Assembly: GCF_009914755.1 (NCBI RefSeq)
Contig: NC_060944.1
Length of the DNA stretch: 64,000 nucleotides
Origin: the human T2T-CHM13v2.0 reference genome, Homo sapiens
Direction: 5' to 3' (one strand)
The notes under the pieces are model-generated. The model saw only the letters and a program-made list of their open reading frames with translations, did not search any database and was not told where the DNA came from. Below are positions 21,180 through 35,580 of this stretch, piece by piece (position 1 is the first letter of the stretch; each line of letters opens with the position of its first letter). Position numbers and translations under genes: made by a program.

Positions 21180-22810
21180 GTATCTTAGGTTGAATTCTTC
21201 CAAAACAAATTCTAAAGAATGATTTGAGTGCAAGTAGTTTATTTAGGAGGTGACACCAGGAAAAACCAGTAGAGGAGTGGGGCAGTGAGACAGGGAAGGG
21301 AGGAAAGCCAGTGTGGGTTACCGCTCTGGACCACTGTGTTCAATGCCAAGTAGACATGCCGGAGAGTTGTCCTGAGTGGAAAGGGAGCCAGGGTCTTTGC
21401 ACCTGACATGGGCTGAAACTGCTCTCAGAAGCATTACCTCCTGGCACTTCCTCTGCCAAAAGAAGGCCCTGCTGTGGAGAGTCACGGGAGCACACAGTGG
21501 GACAGACACAGGCAGGAGGCCTGGCAGCCTCTGCTACAGAGACACTGCACAGTCCATGTTCTGTTCCTTCACTGAGCAGACAGCTTTGCAGCTGTCCTCC
21601 TGGACTTTTGTGAGTAGGTGGACACATGTGAGCAAGCCACACACAATAGAGGGCTTCCTCCACTATTACTCAAGTTAGGTAAATTGAGGCAGCTTGGTAA
21701 CTCACCAACCTCTTCTAAAACATTCTCACCCCCAAAAAGCAGGGCCAGGCACTCCCCCCTGCTGTCAGAACACTTGCATACATGTTCTGCTGGAGCCCAT
21801 GTCTCAGTTATCTGCTCCTGCATTCCTAGGGCGGGTGCCAATTGGCTTCCTTCACCTTCTGCCTGCAGGGCTGAGCTGCTTCTGGCTGACAAGTGAAAAC
21901 ATTAGAAGCACCCTCATCAATCCATCCATTTCTTCAAGAAATATTTTATATGTTGACTTCATTTGAGTTTACCCAAAGGCAGTTTGAGTCAAGAGCTTAG
22001 ATGCAGGTAGTTGACCTGGGAGGTGATTCCCAGAAGCAGGAGAGAGAGAGAGAGAGAGAACCGAGAAAGATCGGAGGACCAACCCAAGGGGGCATTACTG
22101 AGCTGATCACCACTAAGGGTCACTGAGGCTCACTTCTACTGAGGACTCAGAATTGGTCCTCTGGGGACAGAAGGCTGAGGTATATATCCCCAGTTAATTA
22201 AGGGTTGCTGTGAAGGAGGTTCACTGTGCATTGGTTACCAACATGTCTGTGTCCAGTGAGAGAGAACGCATTCATACTCAATAAGTTATATGAAGCAAAT
22301 TTATTACTTACAGACAGGCAGCAAGGGACAAGAGGAGCATTCATTGCAAGCTGGTTGCCTGAGGCTCAGGAAATCTGCTCAGGGCAAATGGAGTCTCAAC
22401 TGGGCATGCCCCACTTGCACCACAGACGAGGAATGCCAGAGAGCAGTCTGCCCTGGGTTTAACATCCCAGGGTAATGTGATTTGCTGGGCAGTGTTGAAG
22501 GACATCCTATTTTCAGCAGGAGACTGGAACTGACCTTGGGCTGTTCAGCCAGTTCTCCCTTATCTCAAGATGCTGCAATCCTAGCACATTCTGCAGTTAT
22601 TCCTGAGAACTACATGGTAAAAAGGGGACTGGGTCTGTCCAAGGCCACCCAAACTGCCCTGCAGTTGCCCCGGGGATGTTAAATTTCCCTGAATTCCAGG
22701 CTGCGCCTGCTCCCAAGGCTTCCGGAGAAAGTCGTAAGATAAGCCCTAAAGAGGACAGCAACGAGATGCTTGAGGTGGCAGCATTCAGGGGAACTCTCCA
22801 CAACAATCAG
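21180..22810. mobile_element. Old ERVL-type LTR fragments (LTR16/LTR33-like) with a nested LTR at ~22226-22663
   Basis: Motif GATTTGAGTGCAAGTAGTTTATTTAGGAGGTGA, with a degenerate copy near 22000; nested TG...CA segment. Confidence 0.5.
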
Positions 22811-23009
22811 AGAGCTGACGGCAGAGGCAGGCAAGGGACATTAGCACCAATAATGTATGCTACAGGCACCTACCATGTTCTAGACAGAGTGCCAGACATG
22901 CAGCAGTGAGCAGGACAGACCAACTTATTTGTTCTCATGGAGCTTCATTTCAGTAGTGGAACAAAGAATTTACCAATAAACAAGTCAGCAAACAAGTAAT
23001 GACGGGTGT

Positions 23010-24347
<1,338 letters not shown>

Positions 24348-25505
24348 GTGTGATGAGTGCTATGAAGGAAATAACATAAAAGGTGACAGAGAATAACTAG
24401 AGGAGGCCATTCTAGATAAAATGGTCTGAGGAGGTGACATTTGAGCTGAGTATTAAACATTGAGAAACAATCTACGAAGGGAAGATGTGGTGCAAGACCT
24501 TTCCAAGCAGTGTATAATACACACAAAAGCCCATGCCAGCAAAAAGATTTTACTTTCACAAATTCTAGAAACTCTAAGAGTAAAAAGTGGTGAAAAGAAA
24601 GGAAGTGATAACACATGTTGCCAAGTGCAGCAGGCAGAAACAGGGCCATCACCACTTCACGACAGGATCTCAAAATACTAGGAAGTGTAAATTAAAACCA
24701 TGAGATATAGTTTTGTCATTATTGGATTGGGAAAGATCCAAAAGTTTGGAAAGACCCCACTGGTGAAGATGTGTGGAAACCCACAGTCTTACACATTATT
24801 TGCCAGAGTGTAAATTAGTACAGTGTCTAAGGGGGGCAATTTAGCCACGTTTGGCTAATATATTATTTTAAAGGACATATCCCACCATAGCCAATTCCAC
24901 CTCTAAGAATATTTCTGACAGATATACCCACATGCATGCACAAAGACAATCCACGGGATCCAGTCACATTATTCCTAACCCAAAGCAACTGGGAAACACT
25001 TCAAGGTCCATCAGTGAAGGCCCGCATAGGCTAACCTCTGTAATAACCAAATCTCAGTGGCAGTGTCCAACCAGGTGCTTGTGGGCGACCTTCCAACAGG
25101 CACCGCATTGCCCGGCTGCCAGGCCGGGCCTGTGTACTGTCCCCGCATCCCATACAGCTAGCACTTATTCACCCTCAAAAGCGTCCCATCCTGAAAATAA
25201 ACTCTTGCCCACTTGGTGCTTCAGGAACCTGGGCTTCTTCCACTAATAGCTCTCCCAGATGCCCCAGTGCGCAGGTGGGGCCGTCCTCTAGGACCAGGCC
25301 TGGCTGGGGCGCACCCACACCTCCTTGGCCAGACGCCATGGGCCGGGAAGGGGCTCTGGCCCTTGCGGGAATGAGGGCGCCTAGCATAGGTGTGCAAGTG
25401 GGCAGCCCCCACCGTGGGGTCCTTAAGTAAGCTGGAGCCTGTGAGCCAGGACAGTCAGGAGTTGCAACCTTGGTGATTTCTAGGAAGACAGAAAATGGGG
25501 TCAAG

Positions 25506-25801
<296 letters not shown>

Positions 25802-25919
25802 TCAAGAAACGGTGGGAGGAGGGCAGATTTCATGAACCTGCCTGCTATGATGTGGCTGCATTTCCATCATGCATTGTCCTAAAAAAAGAAAAAGAAAAAA
25901 ATAAAATGTAGACGTGGAG

Positions 25920-27000
25920 GGATGGGGGAAATTGCACAGGCCGGTCCAGGCTGTGAGGCTGCCCCCTGCCAGGGACGACGAGGGCCAGCTCCGCCGCGCC
26001 GTAAGGAAACTGGCCAAGGGAACCCCTTGAATCTGGCGAGGGCCCGCCCTGAGACGCTCGGGGAACCAGACTGCCGAGCCCCCCTCTCTGGGCCGACGCC
26101 AGCCCGGCTGTGGACTGGAGAAAACCGCAAGGCCACCTGCAGAAAGAAAAGAAGGCCATCGCGCCTACGCAGCTGAGCACCCATACTCCGCCCGCGCCTG
26201 CGCAACTGGGTCCCCCGACCCCCACCTCCTCTCCCGCCTGCGCCTGCGCGGCTGGGTGCGCCCCCCCGCCCAGCCTGTGACGCCACGTGCATGGGGCGGA
26301 GCCCAGGCCCTAGGGAATCGTGGGGTCGTATCCCGCGGGTGGAGGCCGGGGTGGCGCCGGCCGGGGCGGGGGAGCCCAAAAGACCGGCTGCCGCCTGCTC
26401 CCCGGAAAAGGGCACTCGTCTCCGTGGGTGTGGCGGAGCGCGCGGTGCATGGTAAGCGGCGGGCGGGGGCGCTGGCGGGGGCGGCCGGGGATCACCGACT
26501 GTAGGCGGGCCTCCCCACGCGGGCGCGCTGCGCTCCGGAGGACGGCCTCGGGGTCACTCGCACCCCGGGTCCCACCTCCTGCTGCCTTCCTGTCCAGGCT
26601 CCATTAGGGCTCCCTGGATGTCTGGGCTCCGCTGACCGGTGGGGGGCAAGTCCAGTGTTTTGGGCCACAGGGCGGGCCAAATAGCAGGGGCCTGTAGCCC
26701 CAGGGGGCCCCAGCCCTGCTGCGTTCATTCATTCAGCCCGCTTTTGCGGACCCGCCCCCAGTCTGCGTCAGGGACAGACCCCTCCGCCCTGGATGAGCCC
26801 GGCGGGGAAGCTTCGCGTAGCAGTTTCTGGGAAACAGGTAGGATCAGGCCGCTCGGACAGGACTGAGGGTGTAAGGACGATTCACCCTGGCATTGGGGTG
26901 GTGTCCCGAGGAGCTCATAGGTGGTCAGGGCGGTTCTGCCCGAGCTGACCTGTGAGCCGCGAATGCCCTGGACCGAGGGAGGGAGAGCCCCCTAGGTGGA
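25920..27000. promoter_or_regulatory. CpG-island, TATA-less promoter of ENTPD6
   Basis: Very high CpG/GC density. GC boxes (GGGGCGGAG ~26293, GGGGCGGGG ~26363), NRF1-like GCGCCTGCGC at 26194 and 26240, TGACG at 26278, CACGTG at 26284. Confidence 0.9.
26310..26451 (+). other. ENTPD6: ENTPD6 exon 1 (5' boundary approximate), ending in ATG
   Basis: Lies in the CpG island downstream of GC boxes; strong donor GCATG|gtaagc at 26451/26452. Confidence 0.85.
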
Positions 27001-28776
27001 CAGACTAGACTCCTTCAGTGGAAAACATTCAACAGCCAGGAGAGCGTGGAAGAGGAAGGAGAGATGGGAGGGCCCAGGGGAGCGTGGAAGGGAGGGTGTT
27101 TTTATTATAAGTGCACCTGTAAGTGCAAAGTGCAAAGGAAGCAGCCGCCGGGAAGTGCCTGGGCAGCTCTGGGTGTCCCTCCAGGCACCTGTATTCCAGC
27201 CTTACCTGCGCGAAGCCACACATCCCACGTCACACAGGATACGGGGAAGTCAGCCATAGCCTGCAGGCGGGGAATCTGAAACCTCGCGCAGGAGTTCCTT
27301 GGGAGAGGTGGATTACAAGGACTCTTCCTCCCACCGGCTGTGCAAGAGCCATGGGCGGCCGGTAGTCATTTTTGAAGGACCTGGCAAGCACTGTACAAAT
27401 CTCAAAATTGCTTTTTGTCCCCCTCCCCTTGCCTTGGAGAGAGTGGCTGGCTAGTGTGTGTGTCGTCTGCCTCCTGAAGGTTCGGGTAAAGGACCAGGGA
27501 GGTGGGCAGCCCTTTGTGTCAGGAGATCTGGAAGCGCCTCCCCTCCCACCGCCTCCTGTGTAAAGGAAACAGCAGGTGGTGTTGACGGGCGGTTCACGCA
27601 CCGGTTTTTGCCAAGGAGAGAAAAACCTACTGAAACCCACCAGGAGGATGAGTGGAAGTTTCTAATGTGCTTCATTTTTTGATACAGCGTGCATGGCAGG
27701 CATTTGCATTCATGACCCTTCCGTGTACTTGAACTGAAAACCTGAAGAAACCGGCCAACAGATTAGGCAGCCATCAATCCACATCAGATGGCCCCTGTAT
27801 TTCCAAGAGGTGACCTGCCATCCCCATCTAGAAAGCCAACCAGGGGACAGGGTAGCTCCTACCACCGACAACACTGCTCTACCCTCAGATTCTCTTCTCT
27901 GACTCCTGCCTCCACCTGCTGGAGGGTGGCCTCGGCAGGAGCCACACCTCTCTGTTTGCCTGTGTGCACCCTACTTCCTACCCCTGCCTTCCCTCAGTCC
28001 CCACCCGCTACCTTCCTTACAGCCTCATCCCACCCTGTCTCTCCTTTAAAGAACAGACTGAGATGACATTGTTTTCCTCAAAGAGTCTGTCAGGGAGAAC
28101 CTGATCAACACATTCACGCTGTGGTGTTAGTGGTTCCCACAGAAACCCCATTTCCTCTCCGGCAGGTGTCTCAGCCATGGGCAAACACCTTAACCTAGTG
28201 GAATGAAATTGGTGTTTAGATCTGGGACACAGGTACATGGAGATGACCTGTTCCTTGGGGAGAGGGGATGGTGAACATGATTATAAGAACTCTTCTTCCC
28301 ACCCTTGTGCAAGAGCAAGGCTGTTCCTGGTTCTGTGCTCTCTCAGTACTGTGTTCTAGTTGGACTCTTGCTTTTGTCTTCCTGAACTTGGTGTGTAACT
28401 TCAGTAATTATGTCTATGTAAGGTATGTCTATGTATGTGAGTGTTTTTTGGATCTCTAAAGTCGTGATAAAGCACGTTCAATTTGGGGACTGAAGCCAGG
28501 GACTCTTGTGTGCTCCACCACACACTGACTGCAATCTCAGACAGTTCCATTTACACACATTCCCAGGGCCTTGGTGCTGTCTTAGGGAAACCCAGGGCTG
28601 TGAGGCAGGCTTTGTGGGGTGCTGGACACAGGGCATGGCACATAAAGGGTTTTTTTAAATGGGTAGACAGTAAATAAGGAGCAACTTTGCCTCTAGATTT
28701 AATATACCACCTGTGAATCTGATCATGTAGAATATGGTTCTTAGACTAACATAGGACATGATAAGATTTGATTATG

Positions 28777-29076
28777 GGCCAGGTGCGGTGTCTCACACCT
28801 GTAATTTCAGCACTTTGGGAGGCCGAGGTGGGCAGATCATTTGAGGTCAGGAGTTCGAGACCAGCCTGGCCAACATGGTGAAATACCGTCTGTACTAAAA
28901 ATACAAAAATTAGCTGGGCGTGGTGGTGCATGCCTGTAATCTCAGGTACTTGGGAGGCTGAGGCAGGAGAATTGCTTAACCTGGGAGGCAGAGGTTGCAG
29001 TAAGCTGAGATTGTGCTACTTCACTCCAGCCTAGGTGATAGGTGAGAGAGTGAAACTCTGTCTCAAAAAAAAAAAA
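28777..29076 (+). mobile_element. AluS in intron 1
   Basis: Full Alu dimer with A-tail. Confidence 0.92.
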
Positions 29077-30059
29077 GTCTTGATTACATAAAGAGGATTT
29101 TGTTAAACGTATTCACAGTTGTAGGGTGTTACTATTGCTTTTTGTCCTCATTATTCATCCCTGGAGTGTTTCAGAACTTTCTCTAGAAATATTGTAATTT
29201 AATTAAACATTTGATGATTACTTAGAAACCTGAAACTTTGGGTTATAGTCTGCTAAGGAAGGGAGGGCTGTTGTGGTATGGGAGGTGCTACTTTGGAACG
29301 GACATTCCTAGTGCCAGTCTCAGCTGACGTTGCCTTAATGTGCATCATTCCCAGCCCCAAGCCTGTCACCTCTCATAGGGTCCGTCCTATTTCTGGACCA
29401 GCCCCAAACCTGTCACCTCTCATAGGGCCTGTCCTGTTTCCCACTGATGTCCCGCTGGCATATCAAACTCAGCATGTCAAAAACCTGATCACTGCTGCCT
29501 CCTGCCAAATGGCCCCTTCCCAGATGACCTGTTTCAGTTCATGGCCATCACCCAGTCCTGTGGCATCTATGATGCCTGCATCTTCCTCCTACTGCCCGTT
29601 TTCCCCCTCAGTACACTGCTGAGCCATCAGCAGACCCCCTTCAACAGGTGCTGGCTGAGCAGCTGCTGGGATCTGGTTTTGTGTTGGGTGCTGGAGGTTC
29701 TGGGATGGGGGCTGGTCCCTACTCCTGGAGTAGGCGTCATCTAACCAGAGCCAGAGGGGCCTAGAAGAACTGCACATGTCATGTGCTGTGGAAATGGCAG
29801 AGCAGCCAGCAGCACAAGGGAGGAGCTCCGCCAGCACATTTCAGCAGGAAGAACCTTAGTCAGGCATGATCTGTCTCCTTCGTTGAGAGAGTAGGGCGTG
29901 AGTGTGATCAGAATTGTAAAACGTTTTGTATTTGACACAGTGGGTGGGCCCTGCCCTCTTTATCCCCATCCCTCACCCCACAGAGTGCCTTAAGTCCGAT
30001 ACCCACAGAACTTATTTCTGTTACCTGCCTGGCCTAGCCATTGAATTATTTTAGAAGTT

Positions 30060-33000
30060 GCCATAAAATACACATAACACAAAAATTAGCAACATAATCC
30101 TTTTTAAATGTACAGTTCTGTGGCATTAAGTACATTCACAACCACCATCACCATCCGTCTCCAGAACTTTTTCATGTTCCCTGACTGAAACTCTTTACCC
30201 AATAAGTCCTCCTCACCCACTGCCCTCAGCACCTGCCCTTCTACTCTCTGTCTGTGTGATTTGACAGCTCTGTAACTCATGTAAGTGGAATCCTACAATA
30301 TTTGTCTTTTTGTGACTGGCTTATTTCACTTAGTGAAATGCCTTTAAGGCTCATCCATGTTGTAGCACATGTCAGAATTTACTTCCTTTTTAAAACTGAA
30401 TAATATTTCATTCAAAATTCAGTTCAGCTCTAAATTGAATTTTGTGTATCCATCTGTCGATGGATGTTTGGATTATTTCTCTCCTGTCTGTTGTGAATAA
30501 TGCTTCAGTGAATGTGAGTGTGTAGATATCTCTTTAAGATCCTGATTTCAACTCTTTTAGAAGTGGGATTGCTGAACCATATGGTAGTTCCAGCTTTGAT
30601 TTTCGGAGGAAGCTCCATGCTGTTTTCCAAGGCAGCTGCACCATCTGACTTTCCCACCAGCAGCGCACAAGGGTTCCAGTTTCTCCACATCCTCACTAAT
30701 ACTTGTTATTTTCTGTTTGTTTGATAGTGGCTGTCCTAATATATGATGTGATAGCTCATTGCAATTTTGCATTTTGCTAACGATTCATGATGTTGAGCCT
30801 CTTTTTGTATGCTTTTTATCTGTTATTTTTTAAACAGATTGCTATTTTTGTGGTTGACTTTTAAGAGTTCTTTATATATTCTAATTATTAACCCCTTTCA
30901 GAGCAGATGTACTATTTACCTGTTTTCTCCTGTTCTGTAGGTTGTGTTTTCATTTTGTTGATTGTTTCTTTTGCTGGGTAGAAGCCATTTAGTTAATGTA
31001 ATTCCACTTGTTTATTTTTGCTTTTATTGCCTGTGCTTTTGGTGTCGTATCTAAGAAATCATTGCCAAATTCTTTATTATTTATCTTGGTGGATTTTGTG
31101 TTCAAGAATTTGTCCATTTCATCTAGGTTATCCAGTTTGTAGGCATACAGTTGTTCGTAGTACTCTCTTATAATCATTTTTATTCTGTAAAATAGGTAGT
31201 AATGTCCCCTCTTTCATTCCAGATTACAGCTATTTGAGTCTTCTTTCTTTATTCCTTAGTCAGTCTAGCTAAAGGTTTGACAGTTTTGTTGATTTTTGAA
31301 GAATCAAATTTTAGTTTCATTTATTTTCTCTATTTTTCTATTCTCTATCCTCCTGTAATCTTTATTATTTTCCTCCTCCTTTTTTACTTTTTTCCTCCTC
31401 CTTTTTTCCTCCTCCTTTTTCTAGCTTTATGTTTAGTTTGTTCTTTTACTAGTTACTTAAGGTGTACAGTTAGGTTGTTTGAGCCCTTTCTTCTTTTCTA
31501 AAGCAAGTGTTTACAGCTGTACATTTCCCTATTGGCACTGTTTTTGCTGCATCCCATAAGTTTTGGAAGGTTGTGTTTTTGTTTTCACTTATCTCAAGGT
31601 ATTTTCTAATTTTCATTATGACTTCTTCTTTGACTCTTCAGTTGTTTAAGATTGGGCTGTGCTGAATTTCCACATAATTGTGAATTATCCAGTTTTCCTT
31701 CTGCTGTTGATTTCTGGTGTCACCCCATTGTGACTGGAAAAGATGCTTTGTATGGTTTGGATTGTTTAAAATGCATTAAGGCCTGTTTTGTAGCCCACCG
31801 TCTGGCGTTGCATGCAGGGCGCTCCGTTACACTCTTGCTCTGTAGTGTCGTTTGAGTCCTCTGTTTCTATATTGATCTTCTGTCTAATTTTTCTGTCCAT
31901 TATTCAAAGTGGGACATTTCAGTCTCCTAGCATAATAATATTACTATTATTGATAGTTGTCTATTTCTCTTCAATTTTATCAGTGTCTGGTTCATATATT
32001 TAGGGGTTTTGATGTTTACTGCGTATATGTTTATAATTGTTTTATATTCCTGGTGAATTGACTATTTCATCATGATATAATGTACTTCTTTGTCTCTTGT
32101 GACAGTTTTTGACTTAAAGTCTCTTTTGTCTGATATTGGTACAGCAACCCCTGCTCTCCTTTGGTCACTCTTTGAATTGACTCTTTTCCATTCTTTTACT
32201 TTCAGCCCATATGTGTTCTTAGATCAAAAGTGAGCTTCTTGTAGATAGAATATACAGCTGACCTTTGAACAACATGGGTTAGGGATACCAACCCCTCACC
32301 TGCAGTTGAAAATCCAAGTGTAACTTCAGTCTAGAATGCAGTGGTGTAATCATGGCTTACTGCAGCCTTGAACTCCAAGGCTCAAGTGATCCTCCCACCT
32401 CAGCCTCCCCAAGGAGCTTGGGACTACAGGCGCACACCACCATGTCCAGCTAATTTTTTTATTTTTTGTAGAGACAGTGTCTCCCTATGCTGCCCAGGCT
32501 GGTCTCAAACTCCTGGGCTCAAGATATCCTCTCGCCTCCGCCTCCCAAACTAGTAGCCTACTGTTGAAGAAGCCTTACTGGTAACATAAATAGTTGATTA
32601 ACACATAGTTTGTATGTTATATTACTATAAGGTAAGCTAATGAACAGAAAATGTTATTATAATAAGAAATCATAAGAAAGAGAAAATGTATTTGCTATTT
32701 ATTAAGTGGAAGTGGATTATCATAAAGGTCTTCATCTTCATTGTCTTCATGTTGAGTAAGCTAAGGAGGAGGTGAAAGAGGAAAGGTTGATCTTGCTGTC
32801 TCAGAGGTGGCAGGAGTGGAAGAAAATCTGGATATAAGTAGACCTGTGCAGTTCAAACCCATGTTGTTTGAGGGTCAGCTGTAGTCAGGTCTTGTTTTTT
32901 AATCTATTCTGTCAATCTGTGTCTCTTGATTAAGGAGTTAATCCATTTATATTTAAAGTAATTACTCATAGGGAAGGACTTGTTTTTGATATTTTGTTAT

Positions 33001-35580
33001 TTATATATATTTTATAGCTTTTTTTGTCCTTCATTACTACCTTATTTTGTATTTAGTTGATTATTTGTAGTTTCCGTTTTTGATTCCCTTCTCAGTTCCT
33101 TTTGTGTATATGCTACAGACATTTCCATTGTGGTTACAACCATAGGGATTACATACATAACAGCCTGAAGTTATAGCAATCTATTTTAAATTGATATCAA
33201 CTTAATTTCAGTCAGACACAGTAACCTCTCCTTTACAATTCCATCTACCCCCACTTTGTTATTGATGTCACAGATTACATCTATATATATTGGGTATGTA
33301 CCCATTAACATAAACCTGTAATTATTTTTATGCATATATCTTTTAAATCCTGAAGAAAATATTAAGTAGTGTTGCAGACCAATTGTACACTAATACTAGT
33401 TTCTATATTTGTCCCTCCATTTGCCTTTGCTGGAAATGTTTGTATTTTCTTACAGCTTTTAGCTGCTGTCTAGTGCCCTTTTGTTTTAACTTTCAGGACT
33501 CCCTTTAGTAGTCTGGTAGGGCAGATCTAGTGGCAATGAACACGCACATCTTTTATTAATCTGGAAGTGTCTTAATTTCTCCCTCATTTGTGAAGGACAG
33601 TTTTGCTGAATGTAGAATTCTCTGTTGACAGATTTTTTTGTTTGTTTGTTTTAGCAGTTTGGGGGTATCTTCCCACTGCCTCTGGCCTCTGAGGTTTCTG
33701 CTAAGACATTGGCTAACAGTGTTATTGAGGATTCTTTGTACATCATGAGCCATTCTTTTGCTGCTTTCAATATTCTGCCTTTGTCTTTACACAGTTTGAT
33801 TATATTGTGTCTTCATGTTGGTCTCTTTGGGTTTATCTTATGTGGGGTTTACTGAGCTTCTTGGATGTTTATATTCATGTCTTTAGTCAAATTTGGGAGG
33901 TTTTTAGCTATTCTTTCTTCACATAATTTCTCTGCCCCATTCTCTCTTCTCTTTCTTAGACTTCCATAATGTGCATGGTGCACGTGAGGGAGGCCCCTAA
34001 GTCCCTGAGGCTCTGCTCACTTTCCTCATTCTTTTTGTTCCTCTGACTTGATATTTTCAAATGTGCTATGTTGAAGTTTGCTGATTCTTCTACCGACTCA
34101 AATCCCTCTGGTCAGAGTTTTCAGTTCAGTTTTGTATTTCTCAGCTCCACAATTTCTGTTTGATTCCTTTTTATAATTTCTCATTTTGTTGTCATATGTT
34201 ATTTTCTTGATTTCTTTTCATTCTTTATCTGTTTTCCTTCAGCTCTTTTAGCATATTTAAGACAGTCATTTTTAGTCTTGGTCAAGTACATCCAGTGCCT
34301 GCATTTCTTCAGGGATGGGTTCTGCCACTTCATTTTCTTCCTCTGAATGAGCTGTGTTTTCCTGTTTCTTTGTATGCCGTGTGATTTTTTTGCTGAACGT
34401 TGGGCATTTGAAAAACAGCTCCTTGTCCCAGTCTTTGAAGACTAACTCTGTATTGGGAATGGCCCCCACCAAATAGCAGGATCTGCCTAAGTGTGGGGAT
34501 CAGCTCTGGATGAAGGCCAAAGTTTCCTCTGGTTTCTTCTGAGGATGCATCTTCCCTGGGCCTGTGTATGTGTTTTTTTCAATTTCCCCATATTCGTGGC
34601 TGTTTCAAAATCTCTTACTTTCATTATGAATACTTTCAAGCTTCCCTTTGGAATATACCAAGAAATGCATTTGGAGTAACCTTTGTTTTTCTATCATTGT
34701 AAATTTAGATTCTGGAATTGGGGTTTGGTGGTGTGATGTGTTGCTCACATGTGGCCAGAACTCCTGCTCCTAAAAGGACTTTGAGATCAAGGAACACATA
34801 TTTAATCTCCCCTTTATGCCTTGGTTTTAGTTCCTCTTTCCAAGTTGAATAACCAATTTTTCATTGCTGTTTGGTTTAAGTTGGTGCTTTGAAGCTTAAT
34901 CTCAGTACCCTTAACTCTGAATTATCGAATTTTGATAAAAATGTGTGCCCTTATTTTTTGGTAAGAGAAAGCAGGTCTTAATGTCTGCCGGAACACAATT
35001 TATTTGCCTTGTTGGCTCCATTAAACTTTTACAAAGCTTTATATATATATATATATCTTACTTTCTCAAAGTCTCCCCCAGTCCCTCCTTGGGCCTCAGA
35101 TGTTCTACTGTATTTCTCACCTGTCATTCTTGCCCCAGGTATGCGTGGGGCTATAGTCATCCTACAGCTTTGCCTAGCAGTGCCCATAACCATTTCCCTG
35201 ACTTCCTATCTGGGCTCTGAGCTCAGAGTCAGGTGAAACAGAGATCTGTTCCTCAGGCAGCCCAAGACAGATTAGGATGTTGCAGAAAGGTCCGCTCTGC
35301 TCCCTCCAGTTCAAGGGAAGGAATTGGGAACCGGGCTGCCGCATTCATCAGGTGGTGCCATGCTGGGGAGGCCTGGGGCAGGGGTGAGTGAAACACCTCA
35401 GAGTTCCTGACATCCTGAATGTGGCTGCTTCTGGGCTGGGCATTCTCTTGGTTGCTGTAGATCGTTGCCTGTTTTGCAGAGCTCCTATGCAATATTTTAA
35501 CCAGTCTCTAGTTGTTTTTAGTGTTTCTCTGTGGGGGAACAAGGGCCTTTGAGCTTCCTCTTTTGCCGTCTTGCTGTGTC
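30060..35580 (-). mobile_element. Old L1M (L1MB-like), internally deleted, antisense in intron 1
   Basis: Reverse-strand peptides IIREYYEQLYAYKLDNLDEMDKFL (ORF2) and RILHSAKLSFTNEGEIKT (ORF1); L1M-type 3' end at ~30.1 kb. Confidence 0.8.
32255..32881. mobile_element. Tigger2-family DNA transposon derivative containing a reverse AluJ fragment (~32330-32549)
   Basis: 24-bp TIRs CAGCTGACCTTTGAACAACATGGG (32255) and CCCATGTTGTTTGAGGGTCAGCTG (to 32881), 21/24 match; TA on both sides. Confidence 0.88.

Noticed and set aside
25845-26866. Many ORFs on both strands across the promoter
   Set aside because: Stop-codon depletion in a CpG island; low-complexity Gly/Arg/Pro/Ala translations.
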